Of a stretch of 64,000 bases of DNA, positions 35,401 through 48,185 are shown piece after piece. The stretch comes from Chlorokybus atmophyticus (lineage: Eukaryota > Plantae > Mesostigma and Chlorokybus algae), in assembly GCA_009103225.1 (NCBI GenBank), contig RHPI01001292.1, positions 94,080 through 158,079 of the forward strand, written 5' to 3'. The notes under the pieces were generated by a model, which was given only the letters and a program-made list of their open reading frames with translations, had not been told where the DNA came from and ran no database searches. The stretch's first letter is position 1. Each line of letters begins with the position of its first letter. Made by a program: the position numbers and the translations under genes.

Positions 35401-37357
35401 CCGGTCCTGCTCACGCAGTCGGCACAAGCTACTGAAGTCCTATCAATAACATCACCAGCAGATGCAGAACCCAAATGTCAGCAGACAAATCCTTACCCTC
35501 TTGGTTCTCAAGAGCTGATCTCGTGTTGATTGGCCGGAAACTAGGGTCAAACGCAGGGAAAATGTTGTGGGTCATGTGGAAGCGAACAACCTCCACAAGT
35601 GTGTCAATGACCTGGCAAGCATCATGCTATCATCTCACAAAAGCAAGTTGTGAGAAACAGTGCTATCAGATAGCTGCTTGCCTCTTCCTTGTACACTTGC
35701 TTGGGCATTCTGGGCGCTGTCAATACTGCAAGGCAAACTTGGCAGGCTTCTAACGCCAGCGTGACTGATTGATATTCAGGAGATCGAACCTATCGCAGGC
35801 AACGGCATCAGTTTGACACATCAACCGAAAACTGCCTCACCCTAAACAACTGCCTTACATCATCCTCTTCGCTAAGCTGGGTTCCCTGCCCAAACTCCAC
35901 CTGCTTCTCCAGTGTCTCAACCAACCGTGACAGGTGCTCCAAAGGCACCTCAGCTAGCTTATCCTTGGAGGCCGCAACAACGACAGCATCATGAAGGCTC
36001 CTCAGATCACAAAAGTCCCACAACTGCTGCTCGTCCACTGTGTCAACCTTGGCAAACAGGTTGTCCAGTAACCGACAGAAGCTGTCCTCCACACTACCTG
36101 CACAGCAATGCACAGCCATGAAGCATGGTACGATGCTGTGAAACACAAACCCCGTGTTGAAACGTTTGCGGCCCATACCATGTAGCTCAGGTGCAGCAAC
36201 CGGCTTGCTGAAGGGCTTGCGGACGGCTGCGGACCTTGGCTTCTTCTGCACATAGAAGTCATCAACTCGCAGAGGCTCTGACTGTGTGGTACCAGAGCCG
36301 GCCCCCTGCAGCAACAGCTCCATCAGCTTGCCAGCGGACCAAAGCACGAAAACCCAGTCTAGTCTCTCAATCTACAACTGTGTAGCGCCACAGTTCAAGG
36401 AGCTGCACCAGCGCTGGGCTGGCTGTAATATACTCGCCGTCAATAACAACGGACCTGTACAACATCCGGGCGTGCAGTGCCACCCTTGTGTGCATTGAAC
36501 AGCCCTCGCAAGTGCTGGGCAAGGGCATCATCCGAGGGAGCGCCAGGGGTGATAGCCTGAAGCTCACCGCTATATGTGGGAGGTGGATGACCTGCAAGGG
36601 GTTGAAGTTGACGAGCAAGGTGGCTGGCAGTGCAACAGCAACGACAGGCAAGATGAATCCGCGCGTAAACATTTCAAACACCCACCTGTCAGGAAGGCTG
36701 CAAAGGCTGTAGGTTCAGCGCTTAGGATTGCTTCCCTGAGGTCACTACCGCCTGGCAGAGGTGACGCGGAACGTGCTGTGCGCGGCTTCCGCAGTGCTCT
36801 GGATGCATTGGATGCAACCACAACGTGAGCAAGCAGTATGATATAATTGAGTGAGTAGTATTGTAAACAACCCTCCACTGTACACGACAAAACCTAGCCA
36901 ACTACACCAATGCGCAGACAATCCTCAAGGTAGTGCATACCTTGTTAAGCTTATGTAGGCTCTGTGCAGTACACTGCTAGCAAGGTCACACTGTTGTGCT
37001 TTACCAAGGCTACATATTCACTTGACAGTACTCTTCCTGCCTAAATGCTGTGCATGGCATACCACCCAACGATAGTAACTACAACACTGATTTGAAAGAC
37101 TCAACATGCGACCAAGATTTTAGGACTTACAGGTAGCTTATGTCTGATTGCCGGAGCAGGTCGGTCACTTGCTGCAGCAATGGGCCGTCAGCTGCAGCAG
37201 CTTGCAGCTCTTGCTGTGTGTAGGGAAGCCCTCCATCCCTTAGAGACAAGTGCTGGCTGTGGCCTCCAAAAATAACTGGAACCGACGGAAGCGGCACTAG
37301 CCTAGTCACATCACTTTGGGAGAGGTTGTGCAACCGGTAAAGGTCGCTCGGGATCAT
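29415..37357 (-). CDS. NIPBL: Cohesin loader Nipped-B-like protein (SCC2/NIPBL), multi-exon; an N-gap lies within the gene span
   Basis: N-terminus NLSQSDVTRLVPLPSVPV resembles plant SCC2; HEAT segments RFLDNSISVRDAAMELVG and DTGVSVRKRVTKILRD; Nipped-B C-terminal LVLRQGLVHPMTCISRLVSL, LPFTLLDEPLYIVYTIN, LLLLLKQHIKICYGL. Confidence 0.92.
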
Positions 37358-37990
37358 TGCAGGCAGGCCAGTTGGTCACACATTCAACCCTCATGAGCCA
37401 GAAGATGTGCTGGCAGCATGCACACAACACGCAAGCAGTGGTTGCTTCTCAGCTCTGTGCGGTAGGATCTCACAGCATTCGACCAACGCAACCAAACAAC
37501 TAGAAGCCTCAGAAGCTCACCAACCTAGCACAACACTCAGCAGCAAAACAGGAGCAGAAACAACAACCCATCACAGGGGACTTGGCTGTGTCGCTGGGAA
37601 TAAGCCTACTGGCTCCTTTGCACCAACCACTTCACCAAGACGGAAGCGGCCAAGCGCATGTCGTCATGCTGCAAAGCAAGCTCCAACACTGCCGCACAGC
37701 AAAGCTGGACAACACTTGATGAAGCTCTAGTGTGCTGCTCCCATCAACAATCACGTCCGCTTAGGCGCACGCCCGCAAAACTTATTGGGCGGGTAACAAG
37801 CACAGGGCAGAAGCGGAATAGCGAAGTCGGTTTGAGCGCGTTAGCTAAAAGTTGTCGCTAATGCTGCTGATTGGCAATGCACAACTCGTGCAGCACAAGA
37901 GGAAGCCACTGTAACAAGCTGCGTTGCCATCGCTATCTGTCGGTAATCGGCGCTGCTGTTCAGAGGCGAATATTTGGCTGCCGTTACCGC

Positions 37991-37991
37991 A

Positions 37992-38023
<32 letters not shown>
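37991..38023. repeat. (GGC)n trinucleotide repeat upstream of the IF-2 start codon
   Basis: Directly visible. Confidence 0.9.
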
Positions 38024-38025
<2 letters not shown>

Positions 38026-38128
38026 CGTAGTCGTCGGAAAGGGTGGCGTCAATTGCGTAGCAGGGACTAGAAGCTGCTCGTCTACATGCTGGCCAGGGCA
38101 GGGGGTTGGCGCTGGCGACGGTGTCAGC

Positions 38129-41100
38129 ATGGAGCGCAGCATGGTGCGGCGGCTGTTGCAGACGGCCAAGGCAGCTGGCACTGTCACAGCTGCCACCGGC
38201 GATCACAGCTTGTGGTCGCGGCTGATGATCAGGAGCTATGCGTCCAGTGCATGGAGGAGTGCTGCGCTAGAGGAGGCAGATGACGACACTGAGCAGCACC
38301 AGCCCGCAGTACCACCCAAGGGCGGCAGCGTAGTTGGGCGCGGGCAAGGGTTTCTGGAGCAAAGGCAAGAGCAGCGTGGTGCTGGATTTGAGCGTGTAGA
38401 CGGCGCTAGCAGCAGCAGCAGTAACCAGAGCAGGGGTAGCTGGCAAGACCGCTTCCGTCAGCGCCCTGTGGCCAGCAATGCCGGCGACGGGTATGCAAAC
38501 CAGAGCAGCACTCAGCCTTGGCGAGGAGGAGATGCATACGGTAAAGTCAATAATGACCGCGGTAGAGGGCAAGAACGCGACAGCATTGGCAATCGGGAGA
38601 CTTTCAGGCAAGCTTTACGCCATCAGGCACCTCGGCAGGGCGGTGTCGACGGCAGGACTTGGAACGATAGTCGAGTTGCTGCGCAAGGTGCTCCTAGGCA
38701 AGAGCAGGCATACAGAAGAACTGAAAACAACTCGCATGGTGGTCGTGGTGCTGGCAGTTGGCAAGATAGATTTCGCAATCGAGACTCGCGTTCTGGATCG
38801 CCTGCTGTTGAGCCACAGCGCAGTGAGAGCTCACCGGCTGCAGGTGCTGCTTCTACGTCTGGCAGGTGCGTCCAACGTTGACTGTTGCGAAACAGGACAC
38901 ATAGTTATAGGTCCAGTAAAGGTGTTACTTTTGCTGTGATGACTTACATAGTTGTTCAGGTGTGCATGTACGTATGCGTGGAAGTGGTAACTCTTAGAAA
39001 CATGCAGTGGTCTTCTAAGTACGATTGTGTCGTCAAAGGTGGTTGGCTTGTTTATGGGCTGCGCAGTGAGACAGCAGATGTATGTCACGTGTGCAGCGGC
39101 TTCTATACAGCCTGTGGTGGAGTAGTTGGGTGTTCCATACCATAGTAGTTGGCAGCAGTTGGTGTGCTGGGTGTGGCAGACTGTAATGCAGTGGTCTGCA
39201 AGCAATAGGGGCAGGCTTGGGTTGGGTGCAGGCTTGTCTAAGCTGTGTATAGCTGAGCTCATTTGCGCCTGTGTTTGATTGTGATATACAAGTGTGTTGT
39301 GCGCTCGGTGCCTGTGTGTTACAGCACTGGTTGTTGGTTTGGTTGTGGGTGTTGCAGGTATGCTGTCTGAACGTCGTGCTCAACAGGGATGCCCACAAGT
39401 ATGCTACGCGTGGCTGGAGACCCACAGCAGCCCAGCCACCGGTTCACGCGTTCAAACAGAAGACTGTGGTCCAGCGACCCAAAGTGATTGACATTCCAGA
39501 GCAAGTGACCATACGGCAGTTGGCTGGTTTGCTTGGTGTAAAACTTGAAGCTGTTCAAGGCGCATTGAATCAACTGGGTGATGAGTGCCCGGAAGTCGAT
39601 GCATACCTGGGGGCTGACAGTGCTGAGCTTGCAGCCATGCAGCTTGGCTTGGACACCAGAAGAGTTGCTCAAAGGTACATAACAGTGTTGAGAATCCCAA
39701 CTCGGTACATTTTCGCACCCTTAGCATGTTGTTCCCTGATCATCTCCCCCCCCCCCCTTCATACCCGTGCGCAGTTCTTGCATGTGCTGCTTTATGCTTG
39801 TGGGTAGGTGCGCATTTGTGCAAATGGCCAAAAGATGTTAGTTGATTGACACAATCACATGTTATTCGGGCGAGTGCATGCGTTTTCCTTGCTTTACAAT
39901 TAATGCCGGTGCTCGAAATGCATGTTGGAATGGGCTATACAGATTGGTAAGCGCATGTTGTGTAACAGGTTTGTGGACGCCGTTGCGGATACTGACAAAA
40001 CACACGCGGCAAGCTTCAAGCCCAGACCCCCAGTTGTCACAGTGATGGGACATGTTGACCATGGCAAGACATCATTGCTAGACGCTCTTCGCAAGACATC
40101 AGTTGCTGCTGGGGAGTTCGGGGGCATTACGCAGCACACTGGTGCATTTGTCGTGCCCTTACCAAGCGGTGCCAGTATCACATTTTTGGACACGCCTGGA
40201 CATGCAGCGTTTACCGCAATGCGTGCTAGAGGGGCTGCAATCACAGATATTGTCGTCCTTGTCGTCGCTGCTGATGATGGTGAGTGTGGTTGCTGTGTTG
40301 ATGTTCGGCTTATGCCATGCTGTCTGAGCCGTGTGCACTGTCCAGCATTGTGCGGTTTATGACATCATAATGTGCATGGCAGGTATCATGCCACAGACGA
40401 AAGAAGCTCTCGAGCATGCCCTTGCCGCGCGCGTACCAATAGTTGTTGCCATCAACAAGTGTGACAAGGATGGTGCTGACCCAAAGCGAGTGCGGCAGCA
40501 ACTTTTGGAGTTGGGTGTTGAGTTGGAGGAAGTTGGAGGTGATGTACAGGTATGTCACTTGATTTGCGTGCTGCTTGATTCCGACATACTTAGTGCTTAC
40601 GCTCGGTGATTGCATTCGCGCGACAACATACAGGTCGTTGAGATATCAGCCAAGACAGGAGCAGGTCTTGATGCACTAGAAGAGGCCTTGTTGCTGCAGG
40701 TAATTTAAGTCGTTTTGTTGCTTATATTGTCTGTTGTTAGGCATGTGGGTTGTTTTACAGTCAACTACATTGTAAGGTAACTCTTCTCTGCAGGCGGAGA
40801 CCATGGATCTGCGCGCAGACCAGGACAGGGACGCACAAGCCGTAGTGGTTGAGTCGCGATTGGACCGAGGGCAAGGCCCCTTGGCTACGGTGATTGTGCG
40901 AAGTGGAGTTATGCGCCCTGGAGCATATGTGGTTGTTGGCACAGAATGGGGACGAGTACGGCACATGTGCGACATGGCAGGACATCAGGTACGCACTTGG
41001 TGAGAGAGGGATACAAAGGTGCACGTTGCTACTTGCCGTTACGTCTAGGTTGCCGACAGTCGGTCTTTGCAGGTAGAGGAAGCCTCACCAGCCACACCAG

Positions 41101-42341
41101 TGGAAATAACAGGTCTGCGGGGTGTGCCCTCTGCGGGTGACGAGTTGCTGGTTGTAGCAAGCGAAGAAAGGGCTCGCAAGGTATTATCAGCTGCTCATGG
41201 CAATTATTCTCGCCCTGCCTCTGGTTGGTTGCCCGCATATTGTAGCTGACGCTGATCACAGTCAAGGCAAATGCAATGGTGGCTCGCAGGTGAGTCAGAT
41301 GCGAACTGAGCGCGCCGAGCAACGCAAGTGGGAGGAGGCTCGTGCGAATGTGCAGCGCACTGCTGAGGTGGCACAAGCTTCAGCTGATGCAGCCAAGGAA
41401 GCTGCGGGTGGTTCTGCTGAGGGCGGTCAGCAGAATCATATGCAGCCTGTGGCAGCCCCCACCCCTCGGCTGGATGTCATTGTTAAAGCGGATGTGGATG
41501 GCACGGCGCAAGCGATTCGTGAGGCCGTGGTAAACATGAGCAGTGAGTTGGTTGAGATCAATATCATTGAAACAGGTGAGTGTATTGATTATTGGTCGGC
41601 TGGTGTGCTGCATGTGTGTTTGTCAGTGCAAGAGAGTGTCCGCTGTGTAGTGAAAGCACTCTCCATTTAGGTTTGGGACCGGTTTCACAGAAGGATGTGT
41701 TGCGAGCGACGGATTTTGCAGCTGCAATCGTTGCTTTCAATGTGCGGGCAGGCGGTGCAGCAGTTGAAGCAGCCGCCAAGCGGGCAGGTGTCGCCATCCG
41801 CCAGCATCGCGTCATATACCATCTGCTTGAAGACGTTTGCAACTTGGCAGCATCCAAGGTTCAGGGTGCGGAAGAGAGTGTCGTTGCCGGCAAGGTGAGC
41901 CATCTTTAGGGTTAAGTTGTCACAGTCTCAGACACTAGTTGAGCCTTTTCGTTGTTATCGGTGCGTGTTCTGTTGCTCATCCAATTGGTGAGGTTTGTGT
42001 GCTCAAGACTGTACTGCTGGCAGGCGGAAATTCTGCAGGTGTTTGAGTTGAAGAGCAAGGGTTCTGCCGTAGCGGGTGTGCGCGTCAAGGATGGATTTAT
42101 GCAAAGAAATGCTCGCTTCCAGCTCTTGCGTAATGGCACCGTTGTGCATGAAGGACTTTGTGCGTCTTTGCGGCGGCACAAGCTGGATGTGGAGCGTGTT
42201 GGCAAAGACACTGAGTGTGGATTGGTGCTTTCGGAGTGGACTGACTACAAAGTGGGGGATGTGCTGCAATGCATACAGATGGTGCAGAAGAAGGCCAAGA
42301 TGGTGCAAGTCCAGGGTGGGGGGGTGCGGTTGGAGTATTAG
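38129..42341 (+). CDS. MTIF2: Translation initiation factor IF-2, probably mitochondrial, multi-exon
   Basis: [15 protein letters not shown] (40048-), [33 protein letters not shown]. The C-terminus [16 protein letters not shown] resembles plant mitochondrial IF-2. The start codon is uncertain (an upstream in-frame start is possible). Confidence 0.9.
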
Positions 42342-43702
42342 TGGAGTATTGTATTATTAGGCATAGAACATGCCATTTGCCTCTGTGCATGTGAGCCATT
42401 GCTTATGCGCAGAGTTGATGCTAGCGAGTTGTGGATTATGAGGGTTGCAATGACCTATATTTGAAATGGCAGCGGGCTGATGCGCACCTGCAACGCAACA
42501 CGTGAGTAGCGCGAGCACATACATGCCCTGCTTCTTGTGCTATATATGTAAAGTAGCCCATGTTCAAGGTAATTTATGACTGCATGTACTAACTTATGCA
42601 ACTAATGGGGTGGTAGAATCTGAGTAGTGGTGTCGCTGTGTAGCCCGGCGGTCAACTTAAAATGTGTTGCTATTAACATGCGTTGAGATATAATTCTTAC
42701 TAACGAGCAGTAGCGTTGTAACGATCTGCTAGATATACGACACGGTGGAAGCGCACGGTCGTCGCGCCGCGGAGTCAATATACCGCATTGTATTGAAGCA
42801 ACTTTGCGTGCACAACGTAATGTCTGAAACAGGCCGCGGGGCAGCATACGTAGTGATAATTGGCGTGTACAGAAATTGCGAGAGGGGTGTTGATGCTATG
42901 TTCATTGCATGCCCTGTGCAGTTGTATTGCGCATATGATGTATATACAAGTACAGTAGCAAGACCGCTAGCAAAGCAACTGTGCAGTGAGCAAGGGAAGT
43001 CGGTGATAGTGAGCTGTCAAGCAACAAAATAGCAAATTGGTATTAGACAAGCATGGCAAAGGCAATGCGCTGGGCCCTTCAGTCTCACGTCAAGCAAGGA
43101 GCGGTAAAGCAAGACAAGAAGCTCTTCACCTGACACAGCAGCGCCACAGCTAGCAAACATGTGTATAAGGTAAAAGAGAGGGTCCCCCAGTAGTTGCACG
43201 CAAGCAAGCGCATAGTCAAGCACACATCATCACGAACAACTCGCGGTTTGTAGTTCAAACCCTAGCGCAAAGGGGGCTGGCTAGCTAAGTGCACACCAAC
43301 CAACCAAGCACGATGCCGACAGCAGGCGCAATAGCAGCAGCAGTGCCTGTTGAGTACAGCGTATGTATACACAACCGTAGTTCTATGGACTTGTGTGCAT
43401 AGGGTACCTGCAATTGTATACACAGTATCACGGACCCAAACACCGGCAGCGGGTAGAAACAGATCAAGTGAAGTGCGTATAGTCAAAACGTTTGCAAGTG
43501 CATCACTACAACGGCCTATTTTATTGTATACATGTAAATTGTAAATGAGGTGAATGTGCAGATTCTATGTACAGGTAATGTGTATGCATGTTAAATCAAC
43601 ATTGCTTATGCGACGGGGTATGGGCTATTGTGAAGGTAGCTAGCTAGCTATAGCTTGTATACATAGCACGATGGTTGTTGAACACTGTGCTTACATTGTA
43701 TG

Positions 43703-44773
43703 TGTCGGATCGAGGAGAGTCAAGGGTCACACTGTCTCGGGCCGCTGCAGGGAAAGACATGCTTGCTAGCCCTGTCGCTGCAACATGTTGTAACCTGTAG
43801 CAAAAGTAAAAGATAACCCAGCTCGGTCACCAACGGTTGGCGAGGAGTGCTTGATGGAGCTGTTCCGCTGTCGCTAAATCACACGGACATGTGAAGGCGG
43901 TGTCCTCCTTAGTGTACATGCTGTGCTGTAGGTCACACAATCAACAAGCCACTACTATAGGTAGTGCTGTTTGCACAGTTTTTTGCATGCGCGGAAAATG
44001 TGTTACACTGTTAAGTGAGGTGAATAAGCAAGCAACTGGTGGATACTATGCCCTGACTAATGCCAACAAACACACTGCAACCAGGCATACCAAGCTCACA
44101 GCGATGACAAGCACGATGCACACACGAGCATGCACAGGCTCTCACATAGTGAGGGGGTTCTTGATAACCGGGATGGCGTGTTCGCAGTTCAAGTCGTTGC
44201 ACAAGCTTCTTTGATTTCTCACTCACAGTGTCACCAGCTGATCCGGTGAACAATGTGACTACTTAGACAAGGCAAATCATGATTGTTCAGAACATAAGCT
44301 AACGGTCATGTCGGGGCTATTACCACAGCAATTGTCACTCGATATATAGCACAACTTATAGCTGAACTCACATTTGAACAGCTACGCGCGGTGCCTGTAG
44401 GCTATGGTCGTGAGCTACTCTGGAGTCATGACCTAGCTATTGGTTAGTGACGCGCGCGCGCTGGTATGCTGGTAGGCCGGGCGATGGTTTTGATGTAGAC
44501 ATGCCCGATAAAGGCTGGTATGCGTGGGCACTAGGCATAACAGCTGTCTGGTCGAGGGTCACATCGTCTCGGGCCGCTGCAGGGAAAGACATGCTTCCTA
44601 GCCCTATCGCTGCAACATGTTGTAACCTGTAGCAAAAGTAAAAGATAACCCAGCTCGGATGGCGAGGAGTGCTTGATGGGGCTGTTCCGCTGTCGCTAAA
44701 TCACACGGACATGTGGAGGCGGTGTCCTCCTTAGTGTACATGCTGTGCTGTAGGTCACACAGTCAACAAGCCA
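43703..44773 (-). repeat. Element 3 A-B-A terminal repeat block
   Basis: The two A copies are similar to each other; B is homologous to 301-900 and 16102-16695; junction CA-GC-TG at 44541-44546. Confidence 0.9.
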
Positions 44774-44799
44774 CACACCCTGAGCTTCTGACGAGGTTC

Positions 44800-46040
44800 C
44801 AGCTCCAGAGCTCGGTTGTTAACGCCGGTGAGGAGGACCGTTGGTGCGGCAATCGTCGCACCAGTACTCCTCCATGGGTATTGTGTCAAATGGGGGCTCC
44901 AGAGTAGCAATGCAGGCCCTTGTTGCAGTTATCGCAGAGCATCGTGAGTGCGTCGTCGCCGGCGCTGCCGCAGCATTCACAACGTGTGCTGCGGCCGGGG
45001 CGAGGGTGCTGGATGCGCGCAAAGCCCGCTATGTAAGGAAGGTAACATGTCGCGCAGTTCACCATGTTGTCTTTCAACCTCTCCCCGTTTTGACCGAGGA
45101 GGTCCAGCACTCCTGTGGGCTACACCTTGAGTACCTTGTAGACGGTGCGGCCCACGGAAGTGTCAAGCGTGTCCTTGGTAGCTGCCATGCTGTAGGCGAA
45201 GTCCCCTGCTTGAAACCGATGTTGGCGCTCCTTGTAGAAGCCGCTTCGCACGCGCTCGTAGCACAGGGTGTCGTGGTGCTGTGCGATGCGCAGGTTGTTG
45301 AAGGCCATCGGGACGGTGTGCTCGAACAGCGTGGTGCGTGTGGTAATGTCGTGGTGCATCCAATCGGGATCGTCGAGGTTGTTCACCACACGGTCTACTT
45401 CCTGCTGTGCACGAACGGGAAGCAATGGCGGACGCCCGAACAGCAGGTAGTATGGGCTGTACTCGCGCAGAGCCGCCTGCTTTGACAATCGGCATTCACT
45501 GAACTTGATAAAAGCCACCCACGGAAGGTGGTTGTCCCAGGTGTTCTTCTCATACTCCAGCACGTACTTGCGGAGTGCCTTCTTGACAGTCTGTACTGTC
45601 CGCTCGGCGAGACCGTCGGCTTGGGGGTGGTCACGCGAAGTGCGGCGATGATTGATGTAACGTCTGTTCAGCAGGGTGTCGAACTCCCCTCTGAACTCAG
45701 TGCCCTGGTCGATGATGACCTCAGCGCAGCTGCCGAACCGGCTGAGGACATGGGAGAGGAAGGCTTGAGACACCCCCCTGCTGCTCTTGTTGGGTGATGG
45801 CACCAGCTCCACCCATATGGAGAAGTGCTCAATCGTGATCAGGATGTAACGGTTGCCACGTTCGGAGGGTGCCAAGTCTCCCAAGATGTCGCGTCCCCAG
45901 CGATAGAAAAGACCGGAGATGGGGAGAGGGTGCAAGGTAGCGCTGCGTGTGTTGAGGCTGGCGCGTACCATGTCACATTGTTGGCAGCGACTGACAAACC
46001 CCTGCACCTGGTTGGACAGCCCATACCACCAATATTGCAC
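44800..46040 (-). pseudogene. Element 3 integrase plus PHD finger
   Basis: RWGRDILG, IIDQGTEF, GLAERTV; CECCGSAGDDALTMLCDNCNKGLHC...EEYWCDDC (frameshifted). Confidence 0.9.
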
Positions 46041-46599
46041 CCTTACCAGGCTGATGGTATGCTTGACACCGAAGTGTCCAAGCTCAGTGTGGAGGGCAGC
46101 GATGATGCTCTTGTGGCTGGTGTTGGCATCTCTTTGTCCTCATCATGGACACGGCGATACACCTTGCCATCCGCCCACCAATAGTGGCGGGTGCGTTAAC
46201 TGACACGATCATTCTCTCGTGCACTCATATTGGGGAAAAGCTGGCCACATTGAAGGAAGGAGAGTGATGGCTTGTCCAGCCATATGTCATGCCTGGTGTC
46301 GGTGGGTGCCCGCTCGGTGTCGTCGACTTCATTGTCGACCGCGTGGACAATGACGTCCCTTAGAGGTGTGGTCACTGTGGGGCCGGTAGACTCAAGGGCA
46401 GGAATCTTCTCTGCTCTTGAGGTGGCGGTGGTGTTGATCTGGCGCCTTGATCGTAGCGCGGCAACAGCAAACATGGCCGCCACGGTGTGAGCTGCTGCTG
46501 TAGGGCCGAGCTCTGCCGAGCTCCGGTTGCATCGTTGGTACTGCGGTGAGGGTTGCGACTGAGGCCATCAGCGTTCTGGTTGGTGAGGCCGGCGCGGTG

Positions 46600-47960
46600 G
46601 TCGATCTCGAAGTCATACTCCTGCAACAATAGAGCCTGGGGAGCAAGTTTCCCTGTGAGATGTTGGTTGGTCATCAGCCGCTCGAGTGGCTGATGATCGG
46701 TGATCAGCTAAAATATCCAACCAAAAAGGAAAGATCTGAAAAAAGAGATAGCCCACACTGCCGCGAGGCACTCCCCCTCGCAGCTGCTGTAGTTGGCCTT
46801 AGCGCTGTTGTTGCTTCGGTTGGCGTACGACACCACCCGCTCCTCCTTGTTCTCATCGTGCTGTGCCAGCACAGCCCCCACTTCAAGCTTGCTCCAGACG
46901 GTGTAGAGGATGAAGGGCTTGTTGTAGACAGGGCGTTGCAGGATGGGAGCGGTGGTGAGCCTGCCCTTTAGCTCCTCAAACGCCGACTGTTGTGGCTCCT
47001 TCCACGCAAACTCCACTTCCTTCTTTGGAAGCTCGTTGAGGGGTCGCGCGATCTTTGCAAAGTCCTTTACGAACCGGCGATAGTAGTTGGCAAGGCCCAG
47101 AAAGGCGCGTAGGCGCGTAAGGTCTGTTGGAGCAGGGATAGCCGCCAAGGCCTCCACCTTTGCCTGCTGTGCGTACACACCGTGGGGCACAATCTTGTGC
47201 CCTAGGTAGGGTACTTTGCAAGTGAAGAAGGTGCACTTCGTCGGGGTGCACCGTCATCCCCACCCCCTTGAGTCTCTCCAGCACTTCCTCGATGTGCTGC
47301 ACATCGAGGAAGTGCTGTAGGTGCTTTTCGTTGCTGCGGCTGAAGAAGAGATTGACGTCAATGTAGCATCGCGCGAAGTTCAGCCCCTTCAAGGCTTTGT
47401 CTATGACGCGCTGGAACTTGGCAGGAGCATTCTTCAGTCCGAAGGGCATAACCTCACTGGTACAGCTGCCGGTTGCCCCAGAAAGAGGTCTTGTGCTTAT
47501 CCTCCTCCTTGATGGCGATCTGGTTGTACCCGTGTTGCATGTCCAGGATGCTGAAGACGGTACAGTCTCCTACATCATAAAAGATACCCTCTGCAGAAGG
47601 CATTGGATACCTGTCTTGTTTGGTTTTGTTGTTGAGGGGGCGATAGTCGCCGCACATACGCCGGTCTGTCCAGTTGCCTGCTGAATCCTTCCTCAGGGGC
47701 ATGACGGTCGCGGCTGCCAAATCCATCGTGGACTCCTCAATAAGGCATGCATTTAGCCGAGCCTTGCACCTCTGCTCCACCAAGTCTTCTTCCAACTTGG
47801 AGAGTCGATACACCGGTTCGGTGTCCACTAGCTCGATGTCCATCTGGTAAACTAAGCAAACGCCCGGTTTCTTCACGCTGAAGCTGAACTGACTTCTCCA
47901 CTTGTTAAGAAGAGCCTCAAGTTGTTCTCGCGTCTGGCCTGTAGCCAGTGGAAATGGCAT
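46600..47960 (-). pseudogene. Element 3 RT and RNase H
   Basis: RMCGDYRPLN, MPFGLKNAPAKFQR, decayed YIDV, LRAFLGLANYYRRF, EGECLAAVWAI. Confidence 0.9.
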
Positions 47961-48185
47961 GGGACCAAGAGGTAGCGTTGGCGACTACTGGGATGTCCTC
48001 CACAGTGACTGCTGCCCACTCCTCCATATAGGCGATTTCCAGCGCGGTGTGTGCCGCTTTGATCTTTTGCCCTCGATCGGCCCACCCCCCCGCCAGGTGT
48101 TCGAGCTCCTGGAAGGACACATGGCGGTCCTGGAGAGCAAAGCATATTTCTAATAACCATACCATGCTGTTCTGGTCCATGGCGC

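Noticed and set aside
43017-43223. Hydrophobic 68-aa ORF downstream of IF-2
   Set aside because: No motif or clear splice context; the opposite strand has stops.
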